A program made the translations under genes and the position numbers. Below, piece by piece: positions 1 to 10,718 of a stretch of DNA of 64,000 nucleotides (position 1 is its first letter; each line of letters begins with the position of its first letter). The stretch is from positions 3,808,001 through 3,872,000 of the forward strand of contig CBDANF010000003.1 in assembly GCA_965197475.1 (NCBI GenBank), written 5' to 3'. This DNA is from Candidatus Poribacteria bacterium (GTDB lineage Bacteria > Poribacteria > WGA-4E > WGA-3G). Below the pieces are notes generated by a model, which was given only the letters and a program-made list of their open reading frames with translations, did no database searches and was not told where the DNA came from.

Positions 1-1275
1 ACCTATTGCCTTGGCACAAGGTGTTATAATAAGCGTGTCGGACAGATTGCTGCGGGTTTCTTAGCGGTTGCGATGTTACATGCCACGAACGAATCGCGTT
101 TCGCACTCGTTGACATTCCTGCCACCTTTTGCGTCACCTTATTCCTCTGGTTAGCTGCGCGAAATACTCATCTCACGTTCCGAACCTGTCTGTGGTTAGG
201 TATCGTTGCGGGGATCGGTATTGCGGTGAAGTTTCCAACCGTCTTCGTCGTTCTATCCCTTTTGATTTTAATTGGTACAGAAAATTTTTATCGGAAGCTT
301 GCTACGATAATTGGTATTTGTGCTTTAACTTTTACGCTTGTTTGTCCGTATTGGCTGATCGATCTGGTGTCATCAGATTGGAATCTCTTTTTTGAGGATT
401 TCTGGTATGAAACGATGCATTACCATCGCGGACACTTTGGACTATTTGCAACTGGGGACACAGGTTGGGCACATCGGTTTCTATACCTGTGGACGCTCTT
501 GAAGTGGGGAATGGGATTGCCACTTGCCCTTCTGGTGAGTTTGGGTGTAATGTTTACACTTGCCAAATCAGTCCCATTTCTGAGAAAAACTTCCGCTACA
601 AATCTATTTTCTGATGAAAAGATACAGAAGGGGTTGTTAATATTGGCTTTTGCGATCCCATATCTACTGTTCATTGGAACGTTTAAGGTTTCCTTTACGC
701 GGCATCTGCTGATTCTCTATCCCGCGCTTACAGTTCTTGCTGCTGTCCTTTTAATTACACTTCACAAGTGGATTGGTATTGTCTTGGGAAATGCAGTCTG
801 GCTTTATTCATTCGTTTACACCGTTGCATTTGCATCCGTTATGCTATCGCAACCTACTGGGCAGGAAGCGTCTGAATGGATATCAACAAATATACCACAT
901 GACAGTTCAATTGCACGCGCCCCAGAAATTTTATTTGATTGGCTTATACCTGAATTAGATAGGGATATGGTATATCCAGATGAAGAGGCAGAATGGATTT
1001 TAATCATCCAACCGAACAGGGAAGTCTTTGAAAAATATACGCAGTATCCCAAAAAATATGAAAAGCAGGATTGGTATCCGCTTGAAGATATTGAAGTTAA
1101 AGGGACGCTTGAATTTTACAAAGAGATTTTAGGTGAGGACAGCCGTTGTGAATTACACAAGACATTCAGACGCAGCCCACAGTTCTTAGGTATCAGCATA
1201 TCCGACAATGGAGCTCCCTTTCCGATGCGAGCATTGATTCATCCTGAGATTCGTCTATATCATCGCCGCGAATAA
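1..1275 (+). CDS. ArnT/GT39-like membrane glycosyltransferase (5' truncated by window edge)
   Basis: Frame is open from base 1; many TM segments with 'SRFALVDIP' and 'GIAVKF' GT-C-type motifs, then a soluble C-terminal domain. Confidence 0.7.
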   Translation, partial: TYCLGTRCYNKRVGQIAAGFLAVAMLHATNESRFALVDIPATFCVTLFLWLAARNTHLTFRTCLWLGIVAGIGIAVKFPTVFVVLSLLILIGTENFYRKLATIIGICALTFTLVCPYWLIDLVSSDWNLFFEDFWYETMHYHRGHFGLFATGDTGWAHRFLYLWTLLKWGMGLPLALLVSLGVMFTLAKSVPFLRKTSATNLFSDEKIQKGLLILAFAIPYLLFIGTFKVSFTRHLLILYPALTVLAAVLLITLHKWIGIVLGNAVWLYSFVYTVAFASVMLSQPTGQEASEWISTNIPHDSSIARAPEILFDWLIPELDRDMVYPDEEAEWILIIQPNREVFEKYTQYPKKYEKQDWYPLEDIEVKGTLEFYKEILGEDSRCELHKTFRRSPQFLGISISDNGAPFPMRALIHPEIRLYHRRE

Positions 1276-1284
1276 GGGTTCAGC

Positions 1285-1706
1285 TTAGATGTGTAAAGTT
1301 TTGTCATTGTAGGCAAATCTAAAATACCAAGATATTTTCTTTTCACGTTACGACAATCTACCGTCGACTCTTGCGTCAGCACGAAAGGAAATGTTACGTA
1401 CCGGACTAAAGGTTGCTTCAATAACCGCATAAACCTTTACTTCTTTGTCATACCAATCTACAGTAGCCGGATATTTTCTCTTTGGGTATTCCTCAAAATA
1501 TTCTAACTGTCCAGTATTCAAATTCTACAGATATTGGACCCCAATGTTTTGCCACCGTTTACCTCACCGACTGTGCTATTTGAAGAGTTCAAATAGACAT
1601 TCGCTGTCGTCGTCAATTCCTGATTTGTTTTGCTTGTGTTATTACCGTTAGCAGTGCTGATTTGCGGTGCGAAGAAAAGCACAACCAATAAGAACATGAA
1701 ATCCAT
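1285..1706 (-). pseudogene. Disrupted small secreted protein
   Basis: Signal-peptide-like start (MFLLVVLFFAPQISTA); frameshift near 1525 into NLNTGQLEYFEEYPKRKY...; in-frame TAA at 1348-1350, after which the frame stays open to 1285. Confidence 0.4.
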
Positions 1707-1724
1707 TTTTCCATCTTTTTTCTC

Positions 1725-2620
1725 TTATTCATTTGCCAGGTGGATTAATATTTGTTCAAACGCCTTACGGGAATCCTTATCTGCCTGGGTTTCCCGTTCA
1801 ATTATGATGCCAAGTTCTGCCTCAATTTCATCAAGGATCTGATTCAGAATCGTATCATCAACGCTGCCATCCCTAGGGGTGGTGTCACTGCGTCAATCGC
1901 CTCGCGTATTAAGCGGTGATCGTGCTCTCTATCAGCGTCCGTGTATTCTCTATCGTAAAGTGCACCTGCAGTAGCACTCGGAGCGGGCCCACGCGTTTTT
2001 TCACGGAGTTCGTCGTACCACTGCTTTGCCAATTCACACGCCGCTAAAGGGTAAGCTAGGAACTGACCCGGACGTCCACCTCCTGCAAGGTGTGATGCCA
2101 CAGATTCTGTGTTTTTGGCAATTCTGCGAAGTGCCTTATATCGCTCATATTCTTCATCGGTGAGTTGATGTAACTGCCCGTATGAGTTTCCTTTCCAACG
2201 AATCGTTATGATAGGTTCATTGTTAGGATGGAGTTCCCACTCCCCAGTTTCACTATTTTGGCCGTAGTGATGTCCCGCTGGTGGTATATCCAGTCCATAC
2301 GACACGTAGAATGCGCGCGCGATGGCTAATCTTGTTTTTCTTGGGAAAGCTTATAGTACTCTTCAGGGGGAGTGCCGTTAACTCTTCCCAATTGACAGGC
2401 CAATCTGCACCTTCCGGCCAGTTTATAGAGACCTCTGCCAATTTTTGGGACTGTGTTTCTACGTGTTCCACTAGTGATGGAGGCTTGCCCCCTTCCTGCA
2501 TAGATGACTGTTGCTTCGGTCTGTCCTCAGTTCAATATTCTGTGGTATTAGTAAGAAAACACCAGCAATTCCGAGTAATAAAACAATCCCACCGAATCCC
2601 CAATACATGTTACGTTTCAT
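1725..2620 (-). pseudogene. Frameshifted N-terminally membrane-anchored hypothetical protein
   Basis: ATG at 2620 (MKRNMYWGFGGIVLLLGIAGVFLLIP); coding continues through ORF fragments 2253-2501 and 1844-2305, then ...DDTILNQILDEIEAELG...HLANE* ending at 1725; about 3 frameshifts. Confidence 0.55.
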
Positions 2621-2907
2621 GTTTTCCTACTACAGTTAAGTTGTTTTATTCCAAATCATTCAAGTATATAGGAGTTATCCCTACACATAATTTATATGGG
2701 GTTTCTGTAAATAATTCGATAAATTGCGAAACTACAAAAATAAAAGAAGCACCTGCAGTGTATCGTTACCTGCTGGTACTAAGCCGAACAATTAGACACC
2801 CCTCTCATTTACGTCAAATTACGTGTGTATTATACCCTAAGTTCAAAAAGTTGCAACTTTTTTGGAAATTTTTTGCGTTTTGCACTTGTAATATACGGAA
2901 AAGGGTT

Positions 2908-3591
2908 TTATAGGTGAGGTGGGGAAAAACATGCCTTCTGAATTGGAATAATCGCAGCTAAAATTTGCGACAACACCTCAGCTGGAATAGTGTCAGCGTC
3001 AATAATTCTAATCATTTCTTGCGGATAGTGATCTATCAACGGTTCCGTATCCCGTTTGTATAGATCCCATCTATACCGAGCAACTAACTCATCAGCATCA
3101 TCCCGTCGTTGTTCTTTTAGTGCTCGCCCGCGTATTCGCTCAAACATTACTTCCCGATCTTCACAAACCATGAAAAGGATCCTAAGGGTATTAATATAAG
3201 GGGATAATAATTCGGCTTGTGCAATATTCCGGGGGATACCGTCAAGAACAAGTAAATCGGTTTCCGGATTGTAGACTTTTTGTTCCACTTTCGTCCTGAC
3301 GTATCCTTGCCATGTTTTAATTGTAATATCGTCTGGGACGAACTCACCGTGCGTTGCATATTCATGAAAGAGTTGCCCCAATTCAGTATTTTCATCAAGT
3401 TCTCGAAACATATCCCCGCTGGAAAGGTGAAAAATGCCGGGAATGTGTGATAACAGTTTGCCTTGTGTTCCCTTGCCGACACCTGGAGGACCGACCAGGA
3501 CTACAGATCGATAACGCGGTCCTCCCTCCTCAAATAGAGGTTTGTCAGGAAATAAAGGCTTCTTCTCCATTGTCATGCTTGTTTTCCTCAA
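2908..3591 (-). CDS. adk: Adenylate kinase (short-LID type)
   Basis: GPPGVGKGTQ P-loop, HLSSGDMFR, LDGIPRN, RRDD; true start may be the ATG at 3570. Confidence 0.9.
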   Translation of the reverse strand: MRKTSMTMEKKPLFPDKPLFEEGGPRYRSVVLVGPPGVGKGTQGKLLSHIPGIFHLSSGDMFRELDENTELGQLFHEYATHGEFVPDDITIKTWQGYVRTKVEQKVYNPETDLLVLDGIPRNIAQAELLSPYINTLRILFMVCEDREVMFERIRGRALKEQRRDDADELVARYRWDLYKRDTEPLIDHYPQEMIRIIDADTIPAEVLSQILAAIIPIQKACFSPPHL

Positions 3592-3668
3592 TCATCCTAA
3601 ATGTTCTGTTGATAAGGGGTTGAATTCATATAAGGTAGGATGGTATTTTAGGTACATCTTCTGAATAG

Positions 3669-4712
3669 CTATATCCCAAGTAAGTGTTCAAGTATATAGA
3701 AATCTAAACCTTCGTAATCTCGCGCTGCGATAAACTCCTGCTCCACTTTTCTATCAAACGTCCGTACCTTTTCAAGTAGGTTAAGAAAAGTTCTGCGACT
3801 ACTTAATAAATGTTTTGTAGAAATGTCACGCGGTTGTGTGCGCATAACTTTGACATCTAATCCTACGAATTCTCCATTCCGCCCGTAGCCGTTTTCTTCA
3901 AGCACTCGCACTTGATTAAAAGCACGCCGTAAATTGGCTGAACCGAATGCTTTATCTTGATCAAATTTGAGACCGTTCTGGTCATTTAGATGCACGCTCC
4001 AAAGTTTCCTGTGAAATAAGGCATACCCCATTTCATCCGATGGTTCTAACCCAGCGAGAATGGCATGTGCTGTTTCAATTAATCCACCAACGCGTTCTGG
4101 GTCTTGGCTCGCATAAGCCAAACCGATAGCGTGTCCAATCGTTGGTATATAAGCAATGTCCATCGGTTCATTTGGTTTCGGTTCAATCAGTATCCGAATC
4201 TCTGGATCGTAGTCAAGTAAAACGTTAATTGCATCTAATATATATCCAACTGCGTTTGCTGAACTCTTTGTTTCACGAATATAGGTGCCTTCACGGGCAA
4301 GCCATAAAACAAAATTTTTACACTCAAGTACATTCGCAATATCAACGCAACGTTTTGAGCGTTCAAGCGCGTACTGTCTTTCTTTTTCCGAATTTGAGGT
4401 GAAAGCACCATCAATCGTCAGTGGTGACTCCCACAACCGGGGTGCAATCACTTCTACGATCAAACCGTGGTTATCAATTTGTGTTTTCACACTTTTTGCG
4501 CGGGATATTAACTGTGCGTGCGTTTTGTTGTCAATATCAGGCACGACATCATCATCATGAAATTGAATTCCGTTAAAGCTAAGGTCACGGTAAAATTCGA
4601 CCTTTTCATCAAAACTGAACGACTCCCGCACAGGAGGCCCAAAAGGATCGGCACCCTCGTGTATATTCCAGGGGCCAAATGAAAAACGATATTCTGTAAG
4701 CGAATTGGACAT
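3669..4712 (-). CDS. xylA: Xylose isomerase-family TIM barrel
   Basis: FHDDD, WLAREG, EPKPNEP, ETAH, HLNDQ, DQD metal-binding motifs. Confidence 0.8.
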   Translation of the reverse strand: MSNSLTEYRFSFGPWNIHEGADPFGPPVRESFSFDEKVEFYRDLSFNGIQFHDDDVVPDIDNKTHAQLISRAKSVKTQIDNHGLIVEVIAPRLWESPLTIDGAFTSNSEKERQYALERSKRCVDIANVLECKNFVLWLAREGTYIRETKSSANAVGYILDAINVLLDYDPEIRILIEPKPNEPMDIAYIPTIGHAIGLAYASQDPERVGGLIETAHAILAGLEPSDEMGYALFHRKLWSVHLNDQNGLKFDQDKAFGSANLRRAFNQVRVLEENGYGRNGEFVGLDVKVMRTQPRDISTKHLLSSRRTFLNLLEKVRTFDRKVEQEFIAARDYEGLDFYILEHLLGI

Positions 4713-4826
4713 CTACTTGCTCCGATGATAACTGGTTTGTGGACAGACACCTTTCAATCGTTGTAACTTATTTGTACAATAACGATTTTGTTTATATTTA
4801 AGTTACCTTGTTTCGTAAGAAACTTC

Positions 4827-4870
4827 TTGACATTCTTAATAAGTATAAAGTATTATTTTAAACGTGTCAA
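4827..4870. promoter_or_regulatory. Overlapping divergent sigma70 promoters
   Basis: Plus strand: TTGACA(4827)-18 bp-TATTAT(4851). Minus strand: TTGACA(4870-4865)-17 bp-TATACT(4847-4842). Confidence 0.55.
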
Positions 4871-4940
4871 GTTTTTTATAGCAAAGCATAAAAATACATA
4901 GATAGTTCTCGGTAGACGCGCTATTCCCTACTCATTAGTT

Positions 4941-7900
4941 ATGATAAGATTTGTGATTAAGCTAGCACATTATCAATTGTCGTTTTGTTTTATTTTGTTT
5001 GGAATATGCCTCTCTGCTCAGTCTATAGAAGCAGTTAAGAATGGAACAGTAGCCACAGCACCCCCTGCAATTTCTTCGCAGACTTTCAGTTTTGAAGATG
5101 TCTACCAATTGCAACTCAATTTAGATATACCTGGTAACGTAAAAATTATTGCTATAGATAGTAATGCGGAAGATAAAGACACAATTAGTGTTACGCTCGA
5201 AAAGCGGGTGCTGGAACACAATCCACTCTTTACAAAGACTTTTCTGGAAAACATATCCCTAACTGGAATAAAAACGGATGGGACACTTCAGTTAAATTCA
5301 CAACTGCCGGAAGACGCGTTCAAGGCGATATTTGAAAACCAAAGTGCACCTGATATAAAAAAACAGCTCCATTTGAACTATGCAATTAAAACACCACCCG
5401 ATGTTTCGGTGCAACTCAAAGTAAAATCCGGAGATATATACCTTCACCGCCTCCGCGGAAAGATAGAAATCACAAATGAGATGGGAAACTTACATTTAGA
5501 TGAAACGTTAGGAAATTACAATGTTGAAGTAATGCAAGGTCGCATTCAAGGCAAAATTTTGTTGACCCCGGGACAAAATCAGATAAAAACACACAATGGT
5601 TCAATAGACCTCACCCTGCTTGATGATCTTGCAGTACCATTGGATTTAACTGCCATTGGTGGTGGAATCGGGCTACTCCTTCCCAATAATTATCCGGCTG
5701 ATGTTGAATTAAAGAGTGAGAAACAACTTTATATTATTAACCTCCCATCAGAAATTGAAAATAACACAGGTACCATCAACGGGGGAGGACCACTGCTCCG
5801 GTTAACAGCAACGGATGCAATTTCAGTTCTACCGAATCCGAGACTCCGCAGCGCACCTGAAGATTCTGAATCGACTGCGCCAGATGAGTTGACCTCAACT
5901 GAATTGGTAGAACCTATCCCCTTAACTGGACAACCTCCCACTATTGATGGAAATTTATCAGAAAAAGCGTGGTTAAATGCTACAGCACTCTCTCCTTTTC
6001 AGAATTCAACGGGTGCTGAAACTGCTGAAAATGCGACCGATGTGTATCTAATGTGGGATGCACAACATCTTTATATTGGTGCAAGAGTACACTTCTCAAG
6101 TTTTGAAGTGCCCCGTGTTTCGCAAACACAACATGATTCACCTATCTGGGAAGATGAGTCTGTTGAAATTCTGCTTGATATGAATCCAGAAACTGAAGGC
6201 TATTCTCACCTAATCGTAAATCCGATAGGTGCGTTTTTTGACCAATGGGTTAAAAAAGAAGGATTCCCGAATTATAGATTCGCTCCGAATGATGTTCCCC
6301 GTGAGCCAATAGATGATTCAGTAGAAATGTTCAAAGGCGATAGTTCTTGGAATTCGGAAGCCAAAGTTGCCACCCAAATTAACACAACTTTCTGGAGTTT
6401 TGAGGTCGCTTTTCCACGTAGCTCTGCGGAAAAAAAAGATATAGACACATGGCTGCTTAATGTGCACCGTAAAGCACAAGGTAAACTTGGAAATAACGAA
6501 GATTTTGAACCGACCCTACATCGTGAGTACAGTTATTGGTTGCCGATTTATGATGAAGAGTATACTTGGTGGCCGCATTGGAAAGAGGGAATGGGGACGT
6601 TAAAATTAGTCAAGACGCAGCCATCTGCATCAAAAACTTTTGAAGTCTCGGAAAGTTTAGAAGTTACAGCAATAGAGATTGAAGGGAACACAACAATTCC
6701 AACTGAGGTTGTACTTGAGCACATCCCAATTGCGTCGGGTGATACCATTACAAACGAACAATTGGCATGGTTAATTGCCGAATTAGAGAACTCTGATTGG
6801 TTTTTGGAGGTGCAATTAAAAACAGTCGTACTGAATACTGACGAAGCTGCATCCCCATCGGTTAATCTGTCCGGCACCTCTCTGGCAGATGCAGAATCTA
6901 AAGGCACCAATAGTAGTGAAATTGTAAATCTTCCGAACACCGAACCATTGAAAGTCATTGTGCAAATCAGTGTAACTGAGGTACCTGTGAAGTTCGCAAG
7001 CCAAATAAAAATCCGCGGAAATAGGAGTTTTCCTGTACAATTTATCAAGGATTGGTTTGACCTATCAGTAGGATATCTTGCTGATGATAATGTAAACTTG
7101 AAACAGCAGATGATAACCGATTTTTATGTGAACCGTGGTTACCCATTTGCTAAGGTTACGCATGAATTCGTCAACGATACGCTGCAGTATAACGTTAACG
7201 AAGGTCACTTGGATGAGATTCGTTTTACTGGAAATCGCCGCATTTCACGAACTGAACTCGTATCAGCACTTGATATAAATACTGAAAGTGTATATTACCA
7301 CACTCTGGGACAAACGAAAATCAATCAATTGCGCGAAAAACTCAGTAAAACCAGCGAAGATTTCAAATCAATTCGGGATTGGCATGTGCAACGCGAAGGT
7401 GGAAGAAACATTTTGATTGTTGATATTGAAGAGCAACCTTTCATTAAACCCGGATGGTATCCTGTTCTTGGTTTCAACCGTGTTCATGGATTGGTCCTCG
7501 GTACAGGTGGAACACTTTCAACTCACTTTACCGGAGAGGAACAACTTTTCGGTTCAATCAGTCGTGGTTTTTCCAGTAAAATTTGGAATTATAACTTTGG
7601 GATTGAAAAAAGTTTTTTTAAGCGTTACCCTTTGGCAATGGGTATTGGTCTATTCAAACTTACAGACATCAGTTCTAATAACTATCGTCTACTGCCTATT
7701 GAAGTTGATCTCAATGCTGCAGTCTACGGCACCACCCTCCAAGATTATTATCAACGTCAGGGGGAACACATTTGGGTTGCCCAAAGGTATGGAAAATCCG
7801 TGCTAATGCGACTTGAATTCACGCAGGAGGACCATAATAATCTTTCTAAATCAACTGACTGGAGTTATTTTGACCGCAAACGCGTTAAACGTGGCAATTC

Positions 7901-8585
7901 TCGAATTGATAGCGGGCTTTTGAAAATGCTTTCCCTCAGTTATACGTTTGATACTCGAGATCACAAATCTACGATTGAAGGTCCTCAATATGTTGGAAGT
8001 CACTTGGTGCTTTGGCCAAATGAACGAACACGGCGTGGATGGCGCGGACATTTTGGGATTGAAATGGCAGGTGGAAATCTTGGCGGTGATTATATATTTA
8101 ACTTTCTCAAATTTGAAATGGTTCGTTATACGCCTTTGTTCGGACCTCATCATTTGAATATCCGATTTTCAGGAGATTTTTCGAACGCAGCCTTACCAAG
8201 GCAACGTCTTCTTTATCTCGGTGGCGCAACCACTTTGCGTGGATACGATTTCAACGTATTTGCAGGAGATAGGCGAATTCTTCTCAATATTGAGTATCGA
8301 CTTTTTCAAGAAACTCGTATTAACACTGACGTAGATGCTGTGTTTGGATGGGCACTCAGCTCCTTTCTGGATACTGGACGTGTGTGGTGGTTTGATGAAA
8401 ACCTGTTTTCTGAATTTTCTCTAAGCCAATTTAAGACTTCAATTGGTGTTGGCGTGTCGTTTTTTATCAGTCCACCTAGTAGTCTACAACCCTTGAGCAC
8501 TGCGATTGAAATTGCCGTTCCACTTAACGTTGTGTACTCGTTACGTACACCAAGGATAATTTGGCGTTTGGAACGGATGTTTTAG
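4941..8585 (+). CDS. Omp85/BamA-TamA family outer-membrane protein with N-terminal DUF4097-like and CBM9-like domains and POTRA repeats
   Basis: Signal peptide; DUF4097-like beta repeats; CBM9/DOMON motifs (PTIDGNLSEKAW, WDAQHLYI, ESVEILLD, WSFEVAFP); POTRA starts (IEIEGN, IKIRGN, IRFTGN); LGGATTLRGY barrel loop; terminal Phe. Confidence 0.8.
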   Translation: MIRFVIKLAHYQLSFCFILFGICLSAQSIEAVKNGTVATAPPAISSQTFSFEDVYQLQLNLDIPGNVKIIAIDSNAEDKDTISVTLEKRVLEHNPLFTKTFLENISLTGIKTDGTLQLNSQLPEDAFKAIFENQSAPDIKKQLHLNYAIKTPPDVSVQLKVKSGDIYLHRLRGKIEITNEMGNLHLDETLGNYNVEVMQGRIQGKILLTPGQNQIKTHNGSIDLTLLDDLAVPLDLTAIGGGIGLLLPNNYPADVELKSEKQLYIINLPSEIENNTGTINGGGPLLRLTATDAISVLPNPRLRSAPEDSESTAPDELTSTELVEPIPLTGQPPTIDGNLSEKAWLNATALSPFQNSTGAETAENATDVYLMWDAQHLYIGARVHFSSFEVPRVSQTQHDSPIWEDESVEILLDMNPETEGYSHLIVNPIGAFFDQWVKKEGFPNYRFAPNDVPREPIDDSVEMFKGDSSWNSEAKVATQINTTFWSFEVAFPRSSAEKKDIDTWLLNVHRKAQGKLGNNEDFEPTLHREYSYWLPIYDEEYTWWPHWKEGMGTLKLVKTQPSASKTFEVSESLEVTAIEIEGNTTIPTEVVLEHIPIASGDTITNEQLAWLIAELENSDWFLEVQLKTVVLNTDEAASPSVNLSGTSLADAESKGTNSSEIVNLPNTEPLKVIVQISVTEVPVKFASQIKIRGNRSFPVQFIKDWFDLSVGYLADDNVNLKQQMITDFYVNRGYPFAKVTHEFVNDTLQYNVNEGHLDEIRFTGNRRISRTELVSALDINTESVYYHTLGQTKINQLREKLSKTSEDFKSIRDWHVQREGGRNILIVDIEEQPFIKPGWYPVLGFNRVHGLVLGTGGTLSTHFTGEEQLFGSISRGFSSKIWNYNFGIEKSFFKRYPLAMGIGLFKLTDISSNNYRLLPIEVDLNAAVYGTTLQDYYQRQGEHIWVAQRYGKSVLMRLEFTQEDHNNLSKSTDWSYFDRKRVKRGNSRIDSGLLKMLSLSYTFDTRDHKSTIEGPQYVGSHLVLWPNERTRRGWRGHFGIEMAGGNLGGDYIFNFLKFEMVRYTPLFGPHHLNIRFSGDFSNAALPRQRLLYLGGATTLRGYDFNVFAGDRRILLNIEYRLFQETRINTDVDAVFGWALSSFLDTGRVWWFDENLFSEFSLSQFKTSIGVGVSFFISPPSSLQPLSTAIEIAVPLNVVYSLRTPRIIWRLERMF

Positions 8586-8617
8586 ATGTGTAAACAATAG
8601 TATAAAAATAGGTAAAA

Positions 8618-9706
8618 ATGAAAACAACTCCGCTTTATAATATCCATCGTAAACTCGATGCTACTTTTGGTGAAAGACACGAAGGCTGGAACTTGGCTGT
8701 CCAATTTACCGATGCTGTTTCTGAGCATAATGCCGTTAGAAGTGATGTCGGAATTGTTGATATTTCATACCTCGGCACGCTTTGTTTGACTGGTGAGGAT
8801 CGGGCAGAATTTTTGCACCGACTCATCTCTAACAATGTTGAAGGTCTCTCATTTGGGGAGGGCAATTACGCTACACTTTTAACAAATCGCGGCAAAATTA
8901 TCGCAGATATGAAGGTATATGTCTTGGAAGATGCAATTTATATCAGCACTGCCCCTGAAAGCGCGGAAGATGTTTTCTCGGAATTGGACAAGTACATTAT
9001 TGCAGATGATGTGGAACTTTCTGTGGCAACGGATAATTTAGGAGCAATCGCCGTTTATGGACCGAAATCTGCAGAATTGGTTCAATCTGTTTTGAATGCA
9101 GAGAATTTGAATAGTTTAACAGAGTATCATTCCCGATTCTGCTTATTCGATCAACAATGGGTTGTTTGTGTGAGATCGGATACTGTCGGAGAATGTGGAT
9201 ACCACCTTTACATTTCGACCGATAAGTTGGAAACGTTATGGGAAAAGTTGATGGATGAGAGGCCTGGTGTTCAAGCAATCGGGTGGGATGCGTTAGAATC
9301 CCTTAGGATTGAAGCAGGCACACCAAGATACGGCACAGAATTAACCGATTCGATCATCCCACTTGAGGCAGAATTAGAACACGCCATTGATTTTGAGAAA
9401 GGGTGTTATATCGGTCAAGAGATAGTCGCACGTATGAAGTATCGCGGACACCCGAACCGCCTTTTGCGCGGGATTGAAATAGACGCAGAAAATCCTATAC
9501 CACAGGACTCAAAAATTTTCAGCGGAGAGAAAGAGGTAGGATGGATTACAAGTTCAACGTATTCCCCAACTCTCAAAAAACCGATTGCGTTGGGATACCT
9601 CCGAATGGCAGTCACAGAAAATGGCAGCCGAATTCAAATTGAAACTTCGGAGGGGCGTGTCAGCGGGACAGTCGTTGGTCTGCCTTTTATATCCAATAAA
9701 ATATAA
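8618..9706 (+). CDS. GcvT/YgfZ-family folate-binding aminomethyltransferase
   Basis: TPLY start, EHNAVR, LRIEAG, KGCYIGQE (YgfZ signature). Confidence 0.85.
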   Translation: MKTTPLYNIHRKLDATFGERHEGWNLAVQFTDAVSEHNAVRSDVGIVDISYLGTLCLTGEDRAEFLHRLISNNVEGLSFGEGNYATLLTNRGKIIADMKVYVLEDAIYISTAPESAEDVFSELDKYIIADDVELSVATDNLGAIAVYGPKSAELVQSVLNAENLNSLTEYHSRFCLFDQQWVVCVRSDTVGECGYHLYISTDKLETLWEKLMDERPGVQAIGWDALESLRIEAGTPRYGTELTDSIIPLEAELEHAIDFEKGCYIGQEIVARMKYRGHPNRLLRGIEIDAENPIPQDSKIFSGEKEVGWITSSTYSPTLKKPIALGYLRMAVTENGSRIQIETSEGRVSGTVVGLPFISNKI

Positions 9707-9738
9707 GACACATCTTGATACACCGACTATAGAATTCG

Positions 9739-9764
9739 GACATGCGGGTTTCCAATCGCATGTC
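9739..9764. repeat. REP-like hairpin
   Basis: gacatgcg...cgcatgtc inverted repeat; core resembles the gcggtttc(c/t)aaccgc family at 19333, 59812 and 63579. Confidence 0.4.
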
Positions 9765-9790
9765 TATGAAGAAAGGAGAAATTCCTTACA

Positions 9791-10630
9791 ATGGGAAACC
9801 CAGATTTTGCTAAAGTTTTACTGGGCTTAGATGGTTCTAATTACGCGGAAGCAGCGAAAGAATATGCCTGTGAAATTGCACTTGCACACAATGCTACAAT
9901 TACTGGAGCCGCCATTATTGATCTACCCGGTATTCAATCAACAGGTAGTCCCGTACCGCTCGGTGGCACACATTATGATGTGCAGCGTGAAAAGCATCTG
10001 TTGGAAGAAACACGTCAAAAAGCGAAGGCGATTCTTGATGCATTTGCGAGTACTTGTGAATCCCGCAAGATCAAATCCGTCCTGCACGCTGATACAGGTA
10101 GCCCTTTCTCTGAAATTATTGAGGAATCCAAATTCCATGATTTTACTGTGATAGGCAAAAAAACCTTTTTCGGATATTCTGATCATGAAACCTTTGGCAC
10201 TCTTGAGAAGATATTGAAAAATGGGCTCACACCTGTCCTCGCTGTTCCTGATTCAGTTCGGAAAATTGAGAAGGTATTGGTTGCGTATGACAATAGTATC
10301 CCTGCTGCAAAGGTTGTTCACATGTTCCTTTTGCTCGGAATTTGGAATGCTTGTGATATAACCTTATTCACAGTGAGCGATAGTAGTGAAGATGCAGAGA
10401 AACTGTTGTCTAACTTAGGGGAGTTCTTTCAGAGTTATGGTATTAATCCAAACTTGGTAACGCGAAGTGGAAATCCTGATGTTGAGGTAAAAACCTATAT
10501 CACTGAAAACGATATTGATCTACTTGTGATGGGAGCTTACGGAAGAAAAAGCGTTCGCGAATTCTTTGTCGGTAGTGTTACACAGCATCTAATTCAAAAG
10601 ACGGATATACCACTTTTTCTTTACCATTAG
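9791..10630 (+). CDS. Tandem-domain universal stress protein
   Basis: VLLGLDGS, VLVAYDNS, DLLVMGAYG..GSVT. Confidence 0.9.
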   Translation: MGNPDFAKVLLGLDGSNYAEAAKEYACEIALAHNATITGAAIIDLPGIQSTGSPVPLGGTHYDVQREKHLLEETRQKAKAILDAFASTCESRKIKSVLHADTGSPFSEIIEESKFHDFTVIGKKTFFGYSDHETFGTLEKILKNGLTPVLAVPDSVRKIEKVLVAYDNSIPAAKVVHMFLLLGIWNACDITLFTVSDSSEDAEKLLSNLGEFFQSYGINPNLVTRSGNPDVEVKTYITENDIDLLVMGAYGRKSVREFFVGSVTQHLIQKTDIPLFLYH

Positions 10631-10718
10631 TGAAATTACCGATGTCGCATTTTTTCGCGACTGAAATTTGCGTCAACACATGGACGCACAACGCTGATAG
10701 GAGGTAAATACAACATCG

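Noticed and set aside
1288-1304. tgtgtaaagttttgt resembling 22753-22768 as a shared IS end
   Set aside because: No partner inverted repeat found; this copy lies in the decayed minus-strand reading frame
2281-2913. 210-aa plus-strand ORF
   Set aside because: Antisense shadow of the minus-strand pseudogene and intergenic DNA; no motifs or RBS
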